Below, piece by piece: positions 12,901-26,055 of a DNA stretch of 64,000 nucleotides; positions within the stretch are counted from its first letter, which is position 1; the number at the start of each line of letters is the position of its first letter. The DNA lies in contig JBHGNT010000005.1 of assembly GCA_043228905.1 (NCBI GenBank), forward strand, positions 16,616,001-16,680,000, in the 5' to 3' direction. Below the pieces are notes generated by a model that saw nothing but the letters and a program-made list of their open reading frames with translations, was not told where the DNA came from and ran no database searches. This DNA comes from Azolla caroliniana. Its lineage: Eukaryota; Plantae; Polypodiophyta. The translations under genes and the position numbers were made by a program.

Positions 12901-15900
12901 TATACTTAAGATTGAATAATGAAACCATTTGGGAATACATATAAGGTGGACTTGTATCGTGCACCTTTGTACCTAGTTGCCCTTTCTGGATCATGATGTA
13001 CCTTCATCACCTACCACACAACTGATTTAACTTCAGGTATGGCACAAATTGCAAAGGTACTAAATGATTATCCCAAGCAGCTCCCACTGCCCATCCCCAT
13101 GGCTCACATTACATGAATCTACCTTTGAATGTAAGAAATGCCATTGATCTCTTACAATTTGGGAAGGTCCAACATCGTAATGTGTTGGTAGGTGAGCACT
13201 TTATCTATGCATGTGATACCTCTCCCCCATTTGGCATATCTCTTTAATAGAGCTAAGCGTTAAAGTTTTCCTACTAGCTGAACAGAAGATTCCATTATAC
13301 CAATCTTCAAGAGTGGAGAATAATGATTGGCCATTACTTGACTAAACTATATGGCTCAATCCTAGAATCAGAATTGGGAGTGTGGACATAGAGGAATGGT
13401 TTTTGAAACACGTTCACAATTTTGAATCCTTTAAGCCCTTACTGAGGAAGGTCCAGAGCCCATAAAAAAGAGGATTTATTGCTGCTTTCTGGAAAGTCTT
13501 TAACACTGCTCATGCAGTGTCTAGAAGCTCTTGGTGTCCCTGTAGATATGCATTGGTACACATGATTCTACACATATCTAGGAGTAACATTCATGGGGCC
13601 TTGTTTCTCCTTATGGAAAAGGCTACTTGTGCTATATTTTGTAATCCTTGGTGCTATTGAAAGACATTGTGCACATATGCAGTTTCGAGAGCCATGAACT
13701 AAATTGTGACTATTTTATACACTTGTGACACTGAATCTTCTCTATAGATAAAGAACCGGATCTTCCGCCATTGCAGGTGATTCCTTTGGCTCAGCGACCT
13801 CTCCATTCTTGATCGATCTGGGCTAGACATCTTTCGAAGGCAAAAATTACAATATATCTGATTTGAGAATCTTACATGTATGATGACGAGATTCTTTACA
13901 AACATCTTAGTCTATTTCAATTTACTTTTTTTGCGTAGTTACATTTATTTACTTTGGTCTGTCGTTTCTCAAAGACAAGACAACATTTCAAGATGTAATA
14001 TCTTGTTTGGTCTTATAGGCCATTTTGGCATCTTAAAAGACGTTAATATATCTTTCTTTTTTCTACAAAGTAGAATCTGAGGACTGAGTCTTCATAAGAT
14101 AAGTAGCTGGACAGATTTTGAGAGACCAGTGTAGATGATTGGTTGCATGATAAGGAGCAAAGCATGGGTGACAATAATACAATCACAATCACAATCACAC
14201 AAGCTCATTAACAAAGAACAATCACAACTTTCTTGAAGGGCTATACAAATGGTCTTCATAACTTGCTCATGCTACAAGTTAATGAAGGGCTATACAAATG
14301 GTCCGTTGACAAGGACATTCTTGCCACCCTTGTCATCGACAAATTAAAACTATTATCTCTTGCCATCACAGGTGCTTTCCTCACTTCTTCTAAGTTCTCT
14401 CCATTCTGGATTGCTGGGAGAGATCTTTTGAAACCAAATTTATAATCTATTTGACTTGAGAAGCCTATATGTATAGATAATGAATTTCACTTGTCACTTT
14501 ATACTTCCTTATAATGTAACTACATTTATTTTGGCTGTTGCTTCTAAAAAATGAGACAACATTTTAAGATGTTATCTCTTGTTTGGTCTTATCGTCGATT
14601 TTGGCATCTTAAAACACATTAGCCTATTTTTATTTCTGACTTAGTCATATCCAAAAATGGATGGACCATTCAGGCCATAGTCAAATGGTGGAATTGCATC
14701 TATATCCATGCAATGTATATGGAATCAGTCTAGAAGAATGATAGGAAGTAATGCTTCCGAATACCAATATATTCTTATGGAAAAGGAAAGTGTTTTGCTT
14801 AGTATTCAGCCAGCACATTTTATTCAGGGTCTTGAGCTTCGAGAGTTGGTCTTCTTGATTGTTTTGAAGGTGTTTTAAGATATCTCATCTGCATCTTTTA
14901 TTCCAACCTGTAATTTGATCAAGATCTCTAAATTCACGGTGCATGAATATCCTTGAATAATAATGATGAGTCCAAATGACTAGCTAGTCTCTTTGGACTT
15001 TGCTGATTTAATATATGAGATTGTGTGGATTAAAGATGTACTTCGTTGTTTTCTTGATGCTGAAAGTGTCTGGAAAATAGGTCTATGTCTTTTCCTAATT
15101 GTTATTCGTCTTGATTCTCTACTGCTGTGCATGTGTATCATTGGGCTATAACTCCACCAGTATAGCTAGTCAAATCTGGATCCATAGCTGGATGATTGTG
15201 ATGTTTGAGATGGAATGCTGTTGATTATATTTGTCAGACCAGTCAAGTGTTATTCATTGAAGAGTAGTAAAGATCTTTAGTCATTTTACGTAACGTCTGG
15301 ATTTCTCATACAAGTTTATCATTTTTGAGATATTTGATTTCTGATTGTTACAATGCCTTTAATGGATAATGCTATTTGTTTCAACATTATTTTCAAAGCT
15401 TTTGAGATGTTTGACTTCTGATTGTTACAATGCCTTTAATGGATAGTGCTATTTGTTTCAACGTTATTTTCAAAGCTAAGGACAATGTTATTGGAACTGG
15501 TCCACTGATGGATTTCTAAAATTCTTCTTTTGAAGTCGAGCATATGTACAACAGTATAGATGCTATTATTCACCATAACCATGCCTGGTGCTAAGTGCAA
15601 TTTCTTGTTCTCATTTTCTTTTTTTCAGTATCAAAATTGTTTGCGCAAGTTTTATCATAATACAGAGCCACAAATACTTCTGTATCTGGCACGAACATAT
15701 TATGAAGCCGAACAATGGCAAGACTGCAAATGTTCACTCCTACGTGCAATCCACCTTGCACCTTCAAATTATATGCTTAGGTTTGATGCAGCAATTGCCA
15801 TGCAGAAATTCTCCACTGCAACCCTCCAGAAAGAAAAACGTACTGCTGATGAGGTCAACATACATCAATTTCTTTGAAGCTGGTTAATATCACTCACTTC

Positions 15901-17408
15901 AACGCTCATGGCATGCATCTCTAAACATAATTGAAAATTGTGTATTTTTGTTATTCAGGTCCGACAATCAGTATCAGAGCTTAAAAATGCTTTGCGCCTT
16001 TTTAGTCAACTATCTGGGATGACTGGTCATCATTCTCATGGTTTCGATGGCAAGAAAATTGAGATGCATGTAGAATATTGTAAGCATTTACTGGAGGCTG
16101 CAAAAGTTCACCTTGAGGCTGCAGAGCGTGAGGAGCAGCAACATAAACAAAAACAGGAGGTTGCGAGGCAACTTGCAATGGCGGAGGAAGCGAAACGAAA
16201 AGCCGAAGAAGAACGGAAGATAGAGGTTGTTGCCTGTGAACTGTTTTGGAAAATATTGTTTTTAGTTGATAGATTTGAATCGAGCTCTTATTTTTCATGT
16301 TTTGCATATATGTGTGGAAGATGGAAAGAAGGAAACAAGAAGATGAGATGCGAAGGGTCCTTGAAGAGCAAGAGAACTTTGAACGGTTGAAGGTAATACG
16401 CATGATTCTTGATTTTTCATGAAAAACTTAAATTAATACTGGTGACATGCTGAATTTTTGGCCTCCCTAACCTATTTTTCAATTTAAAGATAAGGAATCA
16501 TATGCATATATAAATACATTCAGTTAAGCATACACATGTAAATACATATATCTGTTATATGCTAGCGGAGAATCTGATTCTTTCCTGGGCTCTATGGCAT
16601 CCCATTGTGTAGATTTTTTCAGACTGGTATTATAAATTGAATTGAATCATGAATATATATTTCTGGTAGATATACTGGAAAAGAGGAAAATGACAAATCG
16701 ACTAAAGTATATGGATCTTTATTGGAAGCCAAACCGAAGAATATTGTGTTTTAAAACTAGGGGATTATTGATCAAATTAGAAAAGAAAAACTCGGTGTAT
16801 TCTATGTAGGACATTATAGAAGTTATACTTGCATCACAATTCTGTGATTATGTTTCAAGTTGAATTTGGAAAACTCTCTTTCTTCTATAATTACATGCAC
16901 ATTCATATTTCAGGAGGCATGGAAGGTAAAGAGCCGCGATAGGTTCCAGGTGGATGATAATGAGGGTGATGGTGGCATGTCTGAGAAGAAAAAGGAGAAG
17001 AAGAAACGAAAACGTGAGAAGAAACAGAAGTCTTATTCACTAGACAAAGAACAGGAGGTCGAGGATGATGCAAATGCCACACGGTACTCATCGGATGATG
17101 AGAATGCTGGTACTCAGAATGCAATTGCAGCTGCTGGCCTGGAAGATACTGATGAAGAGGATGAATACAATGAGGAACGTGACACACCAATGGGGAAGAA
17201 ATCAAGGAAGCAACAAGCTCTCTCTGAGTCTGAAGATGATTTTGCTCCTCCTGCAAAATCAGCTTCAGGAAAGGGACGAGATGAAATTGAAGAAGCATTT
17301 GGAGCTAGTGATGGTGAAGTAGGGGATAACCACCCACAGGGGTCTGATAGTGGGAATGAAGAGCTTGAACGAAAAAGGCGAATGTACGATTCAGAAAGTG
17401 ATGAATAA
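994..17408 (+). CDS. CTR9: CTR9/VIP6/ELF8 homolog, TPR subunit of the RNA polymerase II-associated PAF1 complex; 5' exons lie upstream of the window
   Basis: 21 GT-AG exons join in frame: 994-1188, 1288-1388, 1472-1525, 1596-1712, 2718-2781, 2861-3075, 3370-3454, 3767-3867, 3950-4042, 5510-5578, 5666-5758, 5847-6116, 6275-6355, 11751-11909, 11984-12079, 12452-12553, 12656-12763, 15629-15853, 15959-16225, 16321-16392, 16914-17408 (TAA). Peptides recognised as plant CTR9: [71 protein letters not shown], and an acidic/basic tail with AAAGLED. Confidence 0.95.
1900..2215 (-). mobile_element. LINE 3' region fragment (same family)
   Basis: AAGCAAGGGAAGCACCTGTGA through ATTGCCCAATCTACTGTAACCCCTTT is collinear with 6860-7100 and 8175-8420. 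Confidence 0.75.
4865..4945. repeat. about 30-bp tandem repeat, roughly 3 copies
   Basis: CTTGTAA(C/T)GGTTGAGGATGACAA(G/A)GTTGGC repeated. Confidence 0.8.
6495..7865 (-). mobile_element. RTE-X-like non-LTR retrotransposon copy A (5'-truncated, internally deleted)
   Basis: Collinear with copy B; TTTC tail near 6500; internal tandem duplication at 6677-6880; ORF2 C-terminal remnants (HCWYAEMQQWF, EEHYVCHC). Confidence 0.85.
7895..10062 (-). mobile_element. RTE-X-like non-LTR retrotransposon copy B (degenerate ORF2: RT plus C-terminal CCHC), with an inverted 5' segment
   Basis: RT motifs IYCCFVDFRKAFDTV, GVKQGCPLSPTLFGLYID, LLYADA, KTKVMVF. C-terminus SSHQLQIEVGRY...ERICQLCH...ESEEHYVCHC. (TTC/TTTC) tail at 7897-7921. 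Clade assignment is an inference from motifs. Confidence 0.88.
10063..10866 (-). mobile_element. RTE-X-like LINE copy C (RT fragment)
   Basis: KQGCPLSPTLFGLYID...LLYADD; closely similar to 9007-9795. Confidence 0.88.
10876..11668 (-). mobile_element. Deleted Ty1/copia remnant: short 5' LTR (11467-11668), PBS and RT fragment
   Basis: On the minus strand, LTR TGTTG...TAACA is followed by PBS TGGTATCAG (tRNA-iMet type). RT remnants FEMSDLGHLHHYLG and YQQVVGCLIYLCITRPDI. Confidence 0.8.
13100..14065 (+). mobile_element. Old, multiply deleted LINE copy (same RTE-X-like family)
   Basis: NVRNAIDLLQFGK at about 13128-13167, IYCCF at about 13475, 3' end GGTCTTATAGGCCATTTTGGCATCTTAAAAGA plus TTTC tail. 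Confidence 0.75.
14290..14640 (+). mobile_element. Degraded LINE 3' UTR fragment (same family)
   Basis: TTATCTCTTGCCATCACAGGTGCTTTCC and TTTGGTCTTAT...TTTTGGCATCTTAAAA match the family 3' UTR. Confidence 0.65.
15323..15478. repeat. about 78-bp tandem duplication in a CTR9 intron
   Basis: TTTTGAGAT...TTTTCAAAGCT occurs twice with few mismatches. Confidence 0.85.
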
Positions 17409-19236
17409 TAAAGCTTAAACCTGAACTAGTTTTTGCTTACCTTCTTGAATTTGATTGGGTGTTTTTGTATCATGATATGAAAATGTTGTACAATGTAAAG
17501 CTTGCAAAGGTACAATGATCGCATTATGATTCAGAGTGCCACGGTATTGGGGTAGAGAAACATCTCTTATTGATGGATCCTGTATAATAGATGTTGGTGT
17601 GGTGTTTTACCTCTTGAAGATTGGCAATTGTAATTGTCTTAAGACCACTGATCGAACTCATTGTGTTCAGAGGTTGAAGAATGTACAACTAATTAGAAAT
17701 ATTGAAAAAAAGAGAAGCCGCTTGAGGTACACTATGATCTATCAACCAGATGAGATCGAACGCACCTTTCTTGACGTGCTACTCACAAGTGGCAAGCATG
17801 GACTGGTATCATTTATATGGTTTCTGGAATTGATGTAACCACTTCAGGCTCCCATGCGAACTGGAGAAAGGTGATATCTGGATTTAGTGGATGCAGTAGA
17901 GGCAAGGTTCTTAAATGGAGCTAGCTAAATGGACTATCATCAATTATGTGGTTAATATTGTGCAGATCTAAGGAGGCTGACATGTCAATTGGATCGTAGT
18001 TAAATGGAGTCATTGGTGCTAAATTGGTGTGGAGTCATACTTAATCCACTTTCTTGTAGCCCAATAAAATAGTTTGTACAAATTGAGGATTAAAGTATTC
18101 GTCTTATGTTGTCCCTTCTCTATTATAATCGGAATTATATATTAATTAATTGCAATATGGTAACAGAAAAGGAGTCAATTGGATCCTAGTTAAAACAGTC
18201 ATTGGTACAAAACTAATTAATATTTAATCCACTTTCGCAGAAGAGAAATAAAGTATGTTATCTTATCTTTCTCTCATAATGGGTATTGTATATGAATTAT
18301 ATGTAGAAATTTGTGCATATTTCCACTAGTTTTTTAGTATGTAGTAAGTAATATGTGCAACAAATTCGTGGTATGTTTTGGTCATTCTTTCACTCCATGC
18401 ACTTTATGGAGCATAACCAGGTAATATAAACCTATTTGAGTGTTCTCCTTCTAGTTCCACAGATGGTTGGTATGGCCCATGTGCATTGTATCATGTTAGT
18501 CGTTGCATTCCTTTTGCTTGTTGCCAATAGTGGTGTTGGCATTCCTTGTTACCAATGGTAAATCCTAAAGTAAGAAGTCTTTGACCAAAATTGCAATGGG
18601 TTCATTTAAAGATTCCTTGGATGCATAGATTGACACATGTGTCCTCTTCTCGATGTTGATATTTGCAATATTCGAGAATATGAAATGGCCCCAAGAATAT
18701 TATAAAACAATTCGTTTTGCAAAATAAGTATAAAAAAATAATTTATTTATTTTTTGAAAAAAGAATAAGAACAAATATTTAATACACTAAAAAAAGAACA
18801 ATCATTCATTAATAGATTGTAAAAATATTGTGGTATGCATGTGTTCCTTTGTGCCACCCTTTTAGCTCACCCTTTTTAGGTTGCATGTACCCAAGTCGAC
18901 CCACCCTTTTAGCACACCCTTTTTAGCCAAGCCAACCCAAATGGGTTCCGTTGTATCAACTATAAATTGATTAAGAAGTAAGAAGCTAAGTAGACTGGTT
19001 TTGATATCTTATGTGCATTTCACAATATGATTAGTAGTAAGCCTCCTTTATGGTGTCAAATAAAAAGCCGGGGAGTTTATGAACCTTTATTTTATTTATT
19101 TATTTATTATTTAAGTGGTTTGTTTGACTATACTTGTAGGGAGGACTTATAATGTATTAATTACTCATATTGATTCTTGCAATGAATGTTACCAACCAAG
19201 CACAACATTAGGGAAGGGCATTGACCAACTAGCGCC

Positions 19237-21204
19237 CATGCTACCGTGTATAGAATTTGTTGTAAATTCCTAAGTTCAAGGTTGTTCCTTGGCTTTAACC
19301 CGTGAATATTATAATTATAGATTGACATATTCGCATTCATGGGGTCTCCCCCACAAATACATACGAATACGAATATGAATGCATGAAAAAATATTCATTT
19401 AAAACAAAAATAAAAGTACTCATTCATAGAGCTGCGAATAGAGAACAACGAACAATGAACAACGAACAATGAATTGCAAATATCAAACAGTGAACAATGA
19501 ACAGTTGTGTATGCGCCTACATCCTTGCCTCCACCTGCACTTTGTTCCTTGCAAATTAGGGTTTGGTTGAAATTCACCCCACTTTGAAATCAGTCAGTCT
19601 CTCTTCTCATCTCATCTATTAGAGAAGGCACAACCATGGGTTTAGTTTATGAATGTACTCAAACATATCATAGAAGAAATAAACCACATTAGATGTAGAA
19701 CATATCATGTGTTAGGAAATAGGTCCCTTTGGATGGGTAGAGCACGAGTCGGGTCGGATGGAGTCGATTAGGCACTGACTAGAGAGACAAGCCGAATCAG
19801 TTGATAGCTAACTCGATTGAGGTTGAAAAATTGATTGATCGATAACCGAATCGGCTAAAGGTGATTGGGTTATATTTGTAAATAGGTTATGTCGCATCTA
19901 TTTGGGCCAAAGTTGTTAATAGCCTTAAAGTTGTATTAGTATAAATACAACTCGGGCAAATCATTATAAAAAAGATGGACATGTACAATTTGCATTGTTG
20001 TAACTAGTGCAACAATGTGTGTGCAACTAGAATGTAAGAGAGAGAGAGAGAGAGTTGTAACTTTGTAGCCGTCTATCAGACGAAGAAGAGTTACTTAAGG
20101 TTATTGCCTTAGAGTTTCTTATTTTTGGTGTATTCCTCTTACCTTAGTGACTCGGTTGGAGTTTGTGGACTCCTGTGGTTTTTCCCTTTTAGGTTTCCAA
20201 GTAAAATCTTGTGTGTCTTTAATTTCTACTTTGTCTATTGTCTCGTGGTTGTCTTGATCTCTGCACATCTCACTCGCACATGTGGACCGGTTGTGGCCGG
20301 CTTCATATTTTGCATTATTCTCAACATAATGCTTGATGAAATTAGAGGAATATTTATGCAAAGATAGACAATGCTACAATCATCGTTGCATGCAACCGGT
20401 TTTATTTTGCATCCAATTTGGAGAGAGAAAATTCAAGATATTGATGACAAGGCCAACACAAGTTGGATGGAAACTATTATGTGTTATACTAATGGTGGTG
20501 TATATCTATGTGGTGTTTTATTGGATGAATTCTATGCTTATAGAACTCAAGAAAAAGTACGTTTCAAGTTCTTATGGAAAATGATTCGAATAGAATGCAT
20601 AATGCAATTAAGGGGTGGGAAACATTTGGAGGATGCACTTGAAAATTAAAAAGACTTGCAATTTGTGTGCTTTCTCAAGGTTCATTTGTATCTTCTTGTG
20701 AAAAAAATTGGAGCACATTCTCATTAATATATACCAAAGAAGAAATAGATTGACTCATGTCATGTTGAGAAATTGGTTTATATACATACAAATCATTGTC
20801 TCATTAGAAGAAGAATAAGGGAAAGGGGATTATGCCTCATTGAAGTAACATTAGATATGATCAATAAAGATGATGATGATGAAAAGCTTCTGAGAATGCA
20901 AAACCAAGATAATGATGAAGTTCGTGAGGATATTATTGATGAGCTTGAAGATATGGATGGTGAATATGATAGTGCATAGACTCGTAAATTTAGAAGAATT
21001 ACTTAGAAGTTAGAAGTCTTTAACTACAACTTTTCTTATGTCGGTGTGATTTTGGACCCTATTTCTATTAATGAGTAATTGTTCTTTTTTTAGTGAATTA
21101 AATTTATTTTTTTCCAAAACGAATGGTTTTATAATTTTCTTGGGGCCATTTCTTATTCTTGAATATTGCGAATATCACGCATGAAGAATATCACGAATAG
21201 CATG
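19237..21204 (+). mobile_element. Degenerate hAT DNA transposon (transposase C-terminal remnant about 20330-20979), interrupted by a solo LTR
   Basis: LHATGFILHP motif and hAT dimerisation-domain remnants (LAICVLSQG..SSCEKNWSTFSLI, VEKLVYIHTN). Imperfect terminal inverted repeats CATGCTA; GAATA subterminal repeats. No 8-bp TSD seen. Confidence 0.7.
19710..20326 (+). mobile_element. Solo LTR, copia family X
   Basis: TGTT...AACA ends; TSD TCATG/TAATG (1 mismatch); TATAAATA near 19940; terminus shared with the LTRs at 25216, 30020 and 43174. Confidence 0.85.
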
Positions 21205-21414
21205 CATGTGTTAATCTATGATTATAATGAAGATGAATGTATGAAAGGGCCCTTGGAATTGTAGAACATCTCACAACAAAAATAGATTCTCCAAGCTCAG
21301 CTCTACCTAACACTGTAAGGGTAAAGTTGACATGTTTATTCTTGATTTTATAATTGTGTGTACTAATTTCTAATATTTCTATCAATGAAAGGTCACCAAG
21401 AGCCTATGAAGAAG

Positions 21415-23867
21415 TGTAACGTTGTATGGAAATTTTATGGAAAGGGGAAGAAATGCAGAATTTCCTATAACGGTTGGTCATGCATATTCTCACATACTTT
21501 GAGTGTGGTAAAACTAATAAGTATGACTAATGGTATGTACATGTGTTTTTAGACAAGGATGAAATTACAAACACAACCTCCCTAATAGAGTTTACTACAG
21601 AAGTCAAGGATGGCGTGCCGAATACGGTGATATAATGGATGTATTCAACATTATCCCATTCTACAAACTAGTATAAGCTATTTTAGTAAATAGCACAAAG
21701 GGCAGTTGCCCTAACTTGGTTAGTATATAACCAAGTTTGTAACCTAGTTTGATGTTGATGTTGCCATTATTGTTGTAACTACCATTCTTAAATAATACAA
21801 TTATATCTTGTGCCTCTCTGTTGTTCTCTGTCACTCTCTCCTTTGGTGCAAGTTGTCTCTGTTACATTTTTGTTCTCGATCTCTTCTCATGAACTTGTAG
21901 TCTATTAGCATATAATGCTTTAATGTACATGCTTCACTTGACGACTTAGTTTTCAACAATTGGTATTAGAGCCACATGTTCTTTCTCGCTGATGGTCGTC
22001 ATTCATCCTTCCATCATCAACACTTTTGATTTGACTGTTAAAGACTTTACGTTTGTCGGATCTCTTGAACAAGATCTACAAGATTTCAATTGGATTGAAA
22101 TCTTTTGTTCAACAACTGCAGATTTACATCTTGTGAGAGGAAGAAGCACTTTGTTAAGTTCATGCTCATTTCAGCTAGACCATACTTCAAGTAAATCATA
22201 CGGTTGTGCCTTTCTTTCTGTCGTAGCCACACTACTCGGAGAAGAACCTCGAATCAGTAGACTCAGTTCGTGTTCAATTCGGCTAGATAATATTTCTAGT
22301 AAAACAGACGGTTGTACCCTTTCCCCTGATTGTAGTTACTTCGAAAAGGACTTCCGACTAGTCGACTCATGTAAAAAAAAAAAGGCTTCCACATCCGGCT
22401 CGTCGGAGATGAGTCTTAAGAAGTTCGAGGGCATGAACGTCAATTTCTGGAAGGAGCAAATGTAGGATTACATGATTGTGAAGGGTCAGATCGACCCAAT
22501 CGAGAATGAATTTGATCCAGATAAATACAAGCCAAATGAGTGGATGAAGCTTGATTGTGTGGCCCGTGCCACCATTCGGATGCACATGTCCGAATCGGTT
22601 TAATATACGGTGTAGTCATGTCTGATAACATACTAGCTATGGAAGAGGCTAACGAATACATGTGAAAAGAAGGCGGCCGTCACAAAGATTTATTTGATTC
22701 AACCCCTCTACAATCTTAGGATGAAGGAATCCAATTCAGACCAGGAACACCTTAATGAATACGAAAGCATAAATTCCCAATTTTTAGCTTAGGGGATGAC
22801 CATTGATAATGAGCGAAAAGCTCTTGCTCATGAGCAGTCTTCCCCTTTATGGGAAACTTTTGTTATGATCGTGTGTAATGTGTCTGCTACGATCGTCACG
22901 TACTCCGAGATCACCAGCTCCATCTTGTCAGAAGATGCTCAGAGGAAATCATTCGTACACGAGTCAGTTAGTGATGCCTTTGTAGTACGGAGTTCGCCCA
23001 ACCAACCAAACAATCAGGGGAGAAGTTCTTCTAGAGGGCCGAACAATGCTAAGAGCTGAAGCAAATTGGGGATACTCGAACATGCAACTATTGCAAGAAA
23101 GCCGAATGCCATGCTCTTAAGGCCAAAAATGAAAAAGTTCAGAAACCAGGGAAAATAACAAAGGAAGTCAAATTTCCGCGCAACTTCCATTGTCGGGCTT
23201 TTCAGCCGAAGCTCTTTCGGACAACCCAAATATTCTAGTCATTGAAAACATGGTCGACTCAAAAGTTTTGTATACAACTGAGGAAGCCACGAGTTGGCTT
23301 CTGAATTTAGGAGCCTCTTATCATGTGACCCCTCATTAGTCATAGTTTTAGCATTATTCAAGTCAGAATGCTGACTCGGTCCGAGCTGGCAATTCATAGT
23401 GCCATAGTCAGCATTGGCACAATAGAAATTAACCTTCCGGGTGGTTCTACTTTAGTACTACACAACGTCTCGCATGTTACTGAACTGACATGGTCACACA
23501 TTTTAGTGGGACAACTTGATGAAGTAGGCATGCGTGCCAACTTCTCATCAAGAGGGTGGACACTCCATAGAGGGAACCTCTTGCTTACTCGAGGACCAAA
23601 GGTACACTCATTGCACCCACTATATGTCAGTCTCAGAGATTTTAGGTAGATATTCCAATGTTGTCCCTATGGCATGGCCGACTCAGTCAACTAAGCAAAG
23701 CCAACATCACACACTTATTGAGAGCTGGCGACATCCCTAAACGCTCCTTCTACAACCACCAATTTTGTGAACACTGCCAATACAACAAGCACGTCACAAC
23801 CTTACATCCGCCCAAAGAACCGAGAGAGTCGAATCCACTCGGCTTAGTCCATTCAGACTTTTGTGGG
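21415..23867 (+). mobile_element. Ty1/copia element A, 5' part (LTR to 21958, PBS, degenerate gag-protease-GAG_pre-integrase)
   Basis: ...TTCAACA then PBS TGGTATTAGAG at 21961. Gag KFEGMNVNFWKEQM, protease WLLNLGASYHVTP, LWHGRL..CEHC and LVHSDFCG. LTR start approximate. Confidence 0.8.
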
Positions 23868-24085
23868 TGTTGAGAATCAAACTCAATGTCCTTAGTGTGG
23901 GAAAACACCTTAGGAATAGCCAAGTGTGTGAACTTCCCACCACTTTGTATCATAACTTATGTGTCATAGAAGTTAAGTCCTACGACACATACTTACTAAC
24001 TAGTTAAGTCTCCATCTCCTCTTCCTTGTAGTTGTTGGTTGTTTATTCTCTTGTTAATACAATTTTCTTGTTTCTGTATATCATG

Positions 24086-24181
<96 letters not shown>

Positions 24182-25215
24182 ACACCTCTTTCGCTGCACA
24201 GAACCACACCTGATTCTTTACATGGTATTAGAGCGATTGGTAGCTTGATCCAAGCCCATTTGTGTGTGTTGTGCTTACGCCAACGTTCACGAAGAACCGA
24301 CCGATCACTGTAGCAGCAACCTTGCATAGCTCATATCATAGAGAAGAAGAAATCACAAGTCGACCATCATGAACACCAATGTGGGAAACTCTCTCCCCAA
24401 CGAAAAACTAGACAAAAATAACTTCGCATCTTGGGAGTACAAGATGCACCAATACCTTGTTGGTCAAGGCTATTGGAGTTACATTGAGGGAGTACAAGAA
24501 TCGCAACCCTACCCAACATGGGAGCAAGCGGCAAGTAGTGTGTTGTATAGCCTTGCATCATGCGTTCATGATATCACATGCTTGGCTATATCTGAGAGGC
24601 CAAGATGCTGAAGGAGGCATGGGGAAACCTGAAAAAGATCTTTGCGGCCAACATGACTGCATAGAAACTTCAACTCCGTCAAGACTTGAATAACATTCAA
24701 CAGAGGGATGTGTCGATTGGAAGCTACACCTTGAAGATCAAGGAGCTGTGCGACTCCCTCAGGTCGATCAATGTCAACATTGACGACGATGAAATGATGC
24801 AAATATGCCTCAACAGCCTACCACCCCGCTTCGACACAATAAGGTCGGCCATCCTTGCAAGGGAGATTCCTTCCTCCTTCTTCAATCTCCAGTCGATGAA
24901 AATCACGTCCAAACGAGGGGAAACGTATACAAGAAGGACAAATTCTCTATTCGAACTCAAATGGAGCGAGGGGACATGACTATGGAAGAAGTGGTCAATT
25001 TGGCCAAGGCCGACACAACCAAGGGTAGTCCCATGAGCACAATTTCTAGTACCACCAAGACGTCTCGAACATGCGAGGAGCGCCTGGTAGAAGGGGGAGC
25101 AATCATGCTGGACCAGGCCGACAAAACAACTCTGTTTAGTGCGGATATTGTGGAAAATTCAGCCACCACGAGGCAGAAAAAGTGAGTTGGCTTTCACAAG
25201 CAGATTGTTAGTTTT
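23868..25215 (+). mobile_element. Ty1/copia element B nested in A (LTR 23868-24222, PBS, degenerate gag)
   Basis: TGTTG...TTACA then TGGTATTAGAGC; gag EKLDKNNFASWEYKMHQYLVGQGYW. The LTR contains a (CT)n(CA)n tract at 24091-24180. Confidence 0.85.
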
Positions 25216-26055
25216 TGTTGAGGATCCTACCGGACACAACCAGTTAACACTCGTGTGTGTATATGGGTGCGAAGATCAAAGTTAACAATACACAGATAAT
25301 AAAAGACAGAAGTACAGAAACACAAGATGTTTTACATGCAAAACTCGGAAAGGGAAAAACCAAAAGAGTCCACAAACTCCAAGAAACGAATCACTATAGT
25401 GAGAGGAATACAAGGAGACTCGTAGGCAACGACATTGAGCTCGTCTTCATCTAACAAACGGCAGTACAGTTACAACTCTCACTCTCTGTGTCTGTCTCTC
25501 TCTCACTCACTTAGTTACAGAGGTAGTTACTCACTATAACTTATTTAACAATGATCATTACCCACTTTCATAACTACTTGCCTTAACTATATTTATACTC
25601 ATATGCACATATGGCTATTTACAAATATAGCCCAGTTGGATTCGGCCGATTCATCTATCAACTGAATCGATTATCGTTCGATTATCAATCATTTGATTAT
25701 TCGACCTCGACCGAGTTACCTATTGAGTCCATCCGATTCGACTCATGCTCTTCCAATCCAGAGGGACTAGCTCTCCCAACAAACTCCCCCTTCACTCCAG
25801 TATGGTGTGCTTCGTCAATCGGAACCTTTGTCGGCATGCATTCATCTTCTTTGTTGGTAGGACCTTCGTCAGCATATCCGATCCTTTGTCGTTCATATGG
25901 ATCTTTACTAGAGCAAACTCATTTTCTTCTACTTGCTCTCAGAGCCAATGGTATCTCCTCTATATATGCTTGGTACTTGAGTGATATGTGGCATTCTTCA
26001 CAAGGTGGATGGTAATTTGGTTGTTACAGTAGAGTTAGAATTCCTCCTGCCAAAT

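Noticed and set aside
24032-24327. ORFs with SLSLSL/HTHTHT/ERERER runs (also 45833-46218 and 59259-59528)
   Set aside because: Translations of CT/CA/GA microsatellites.
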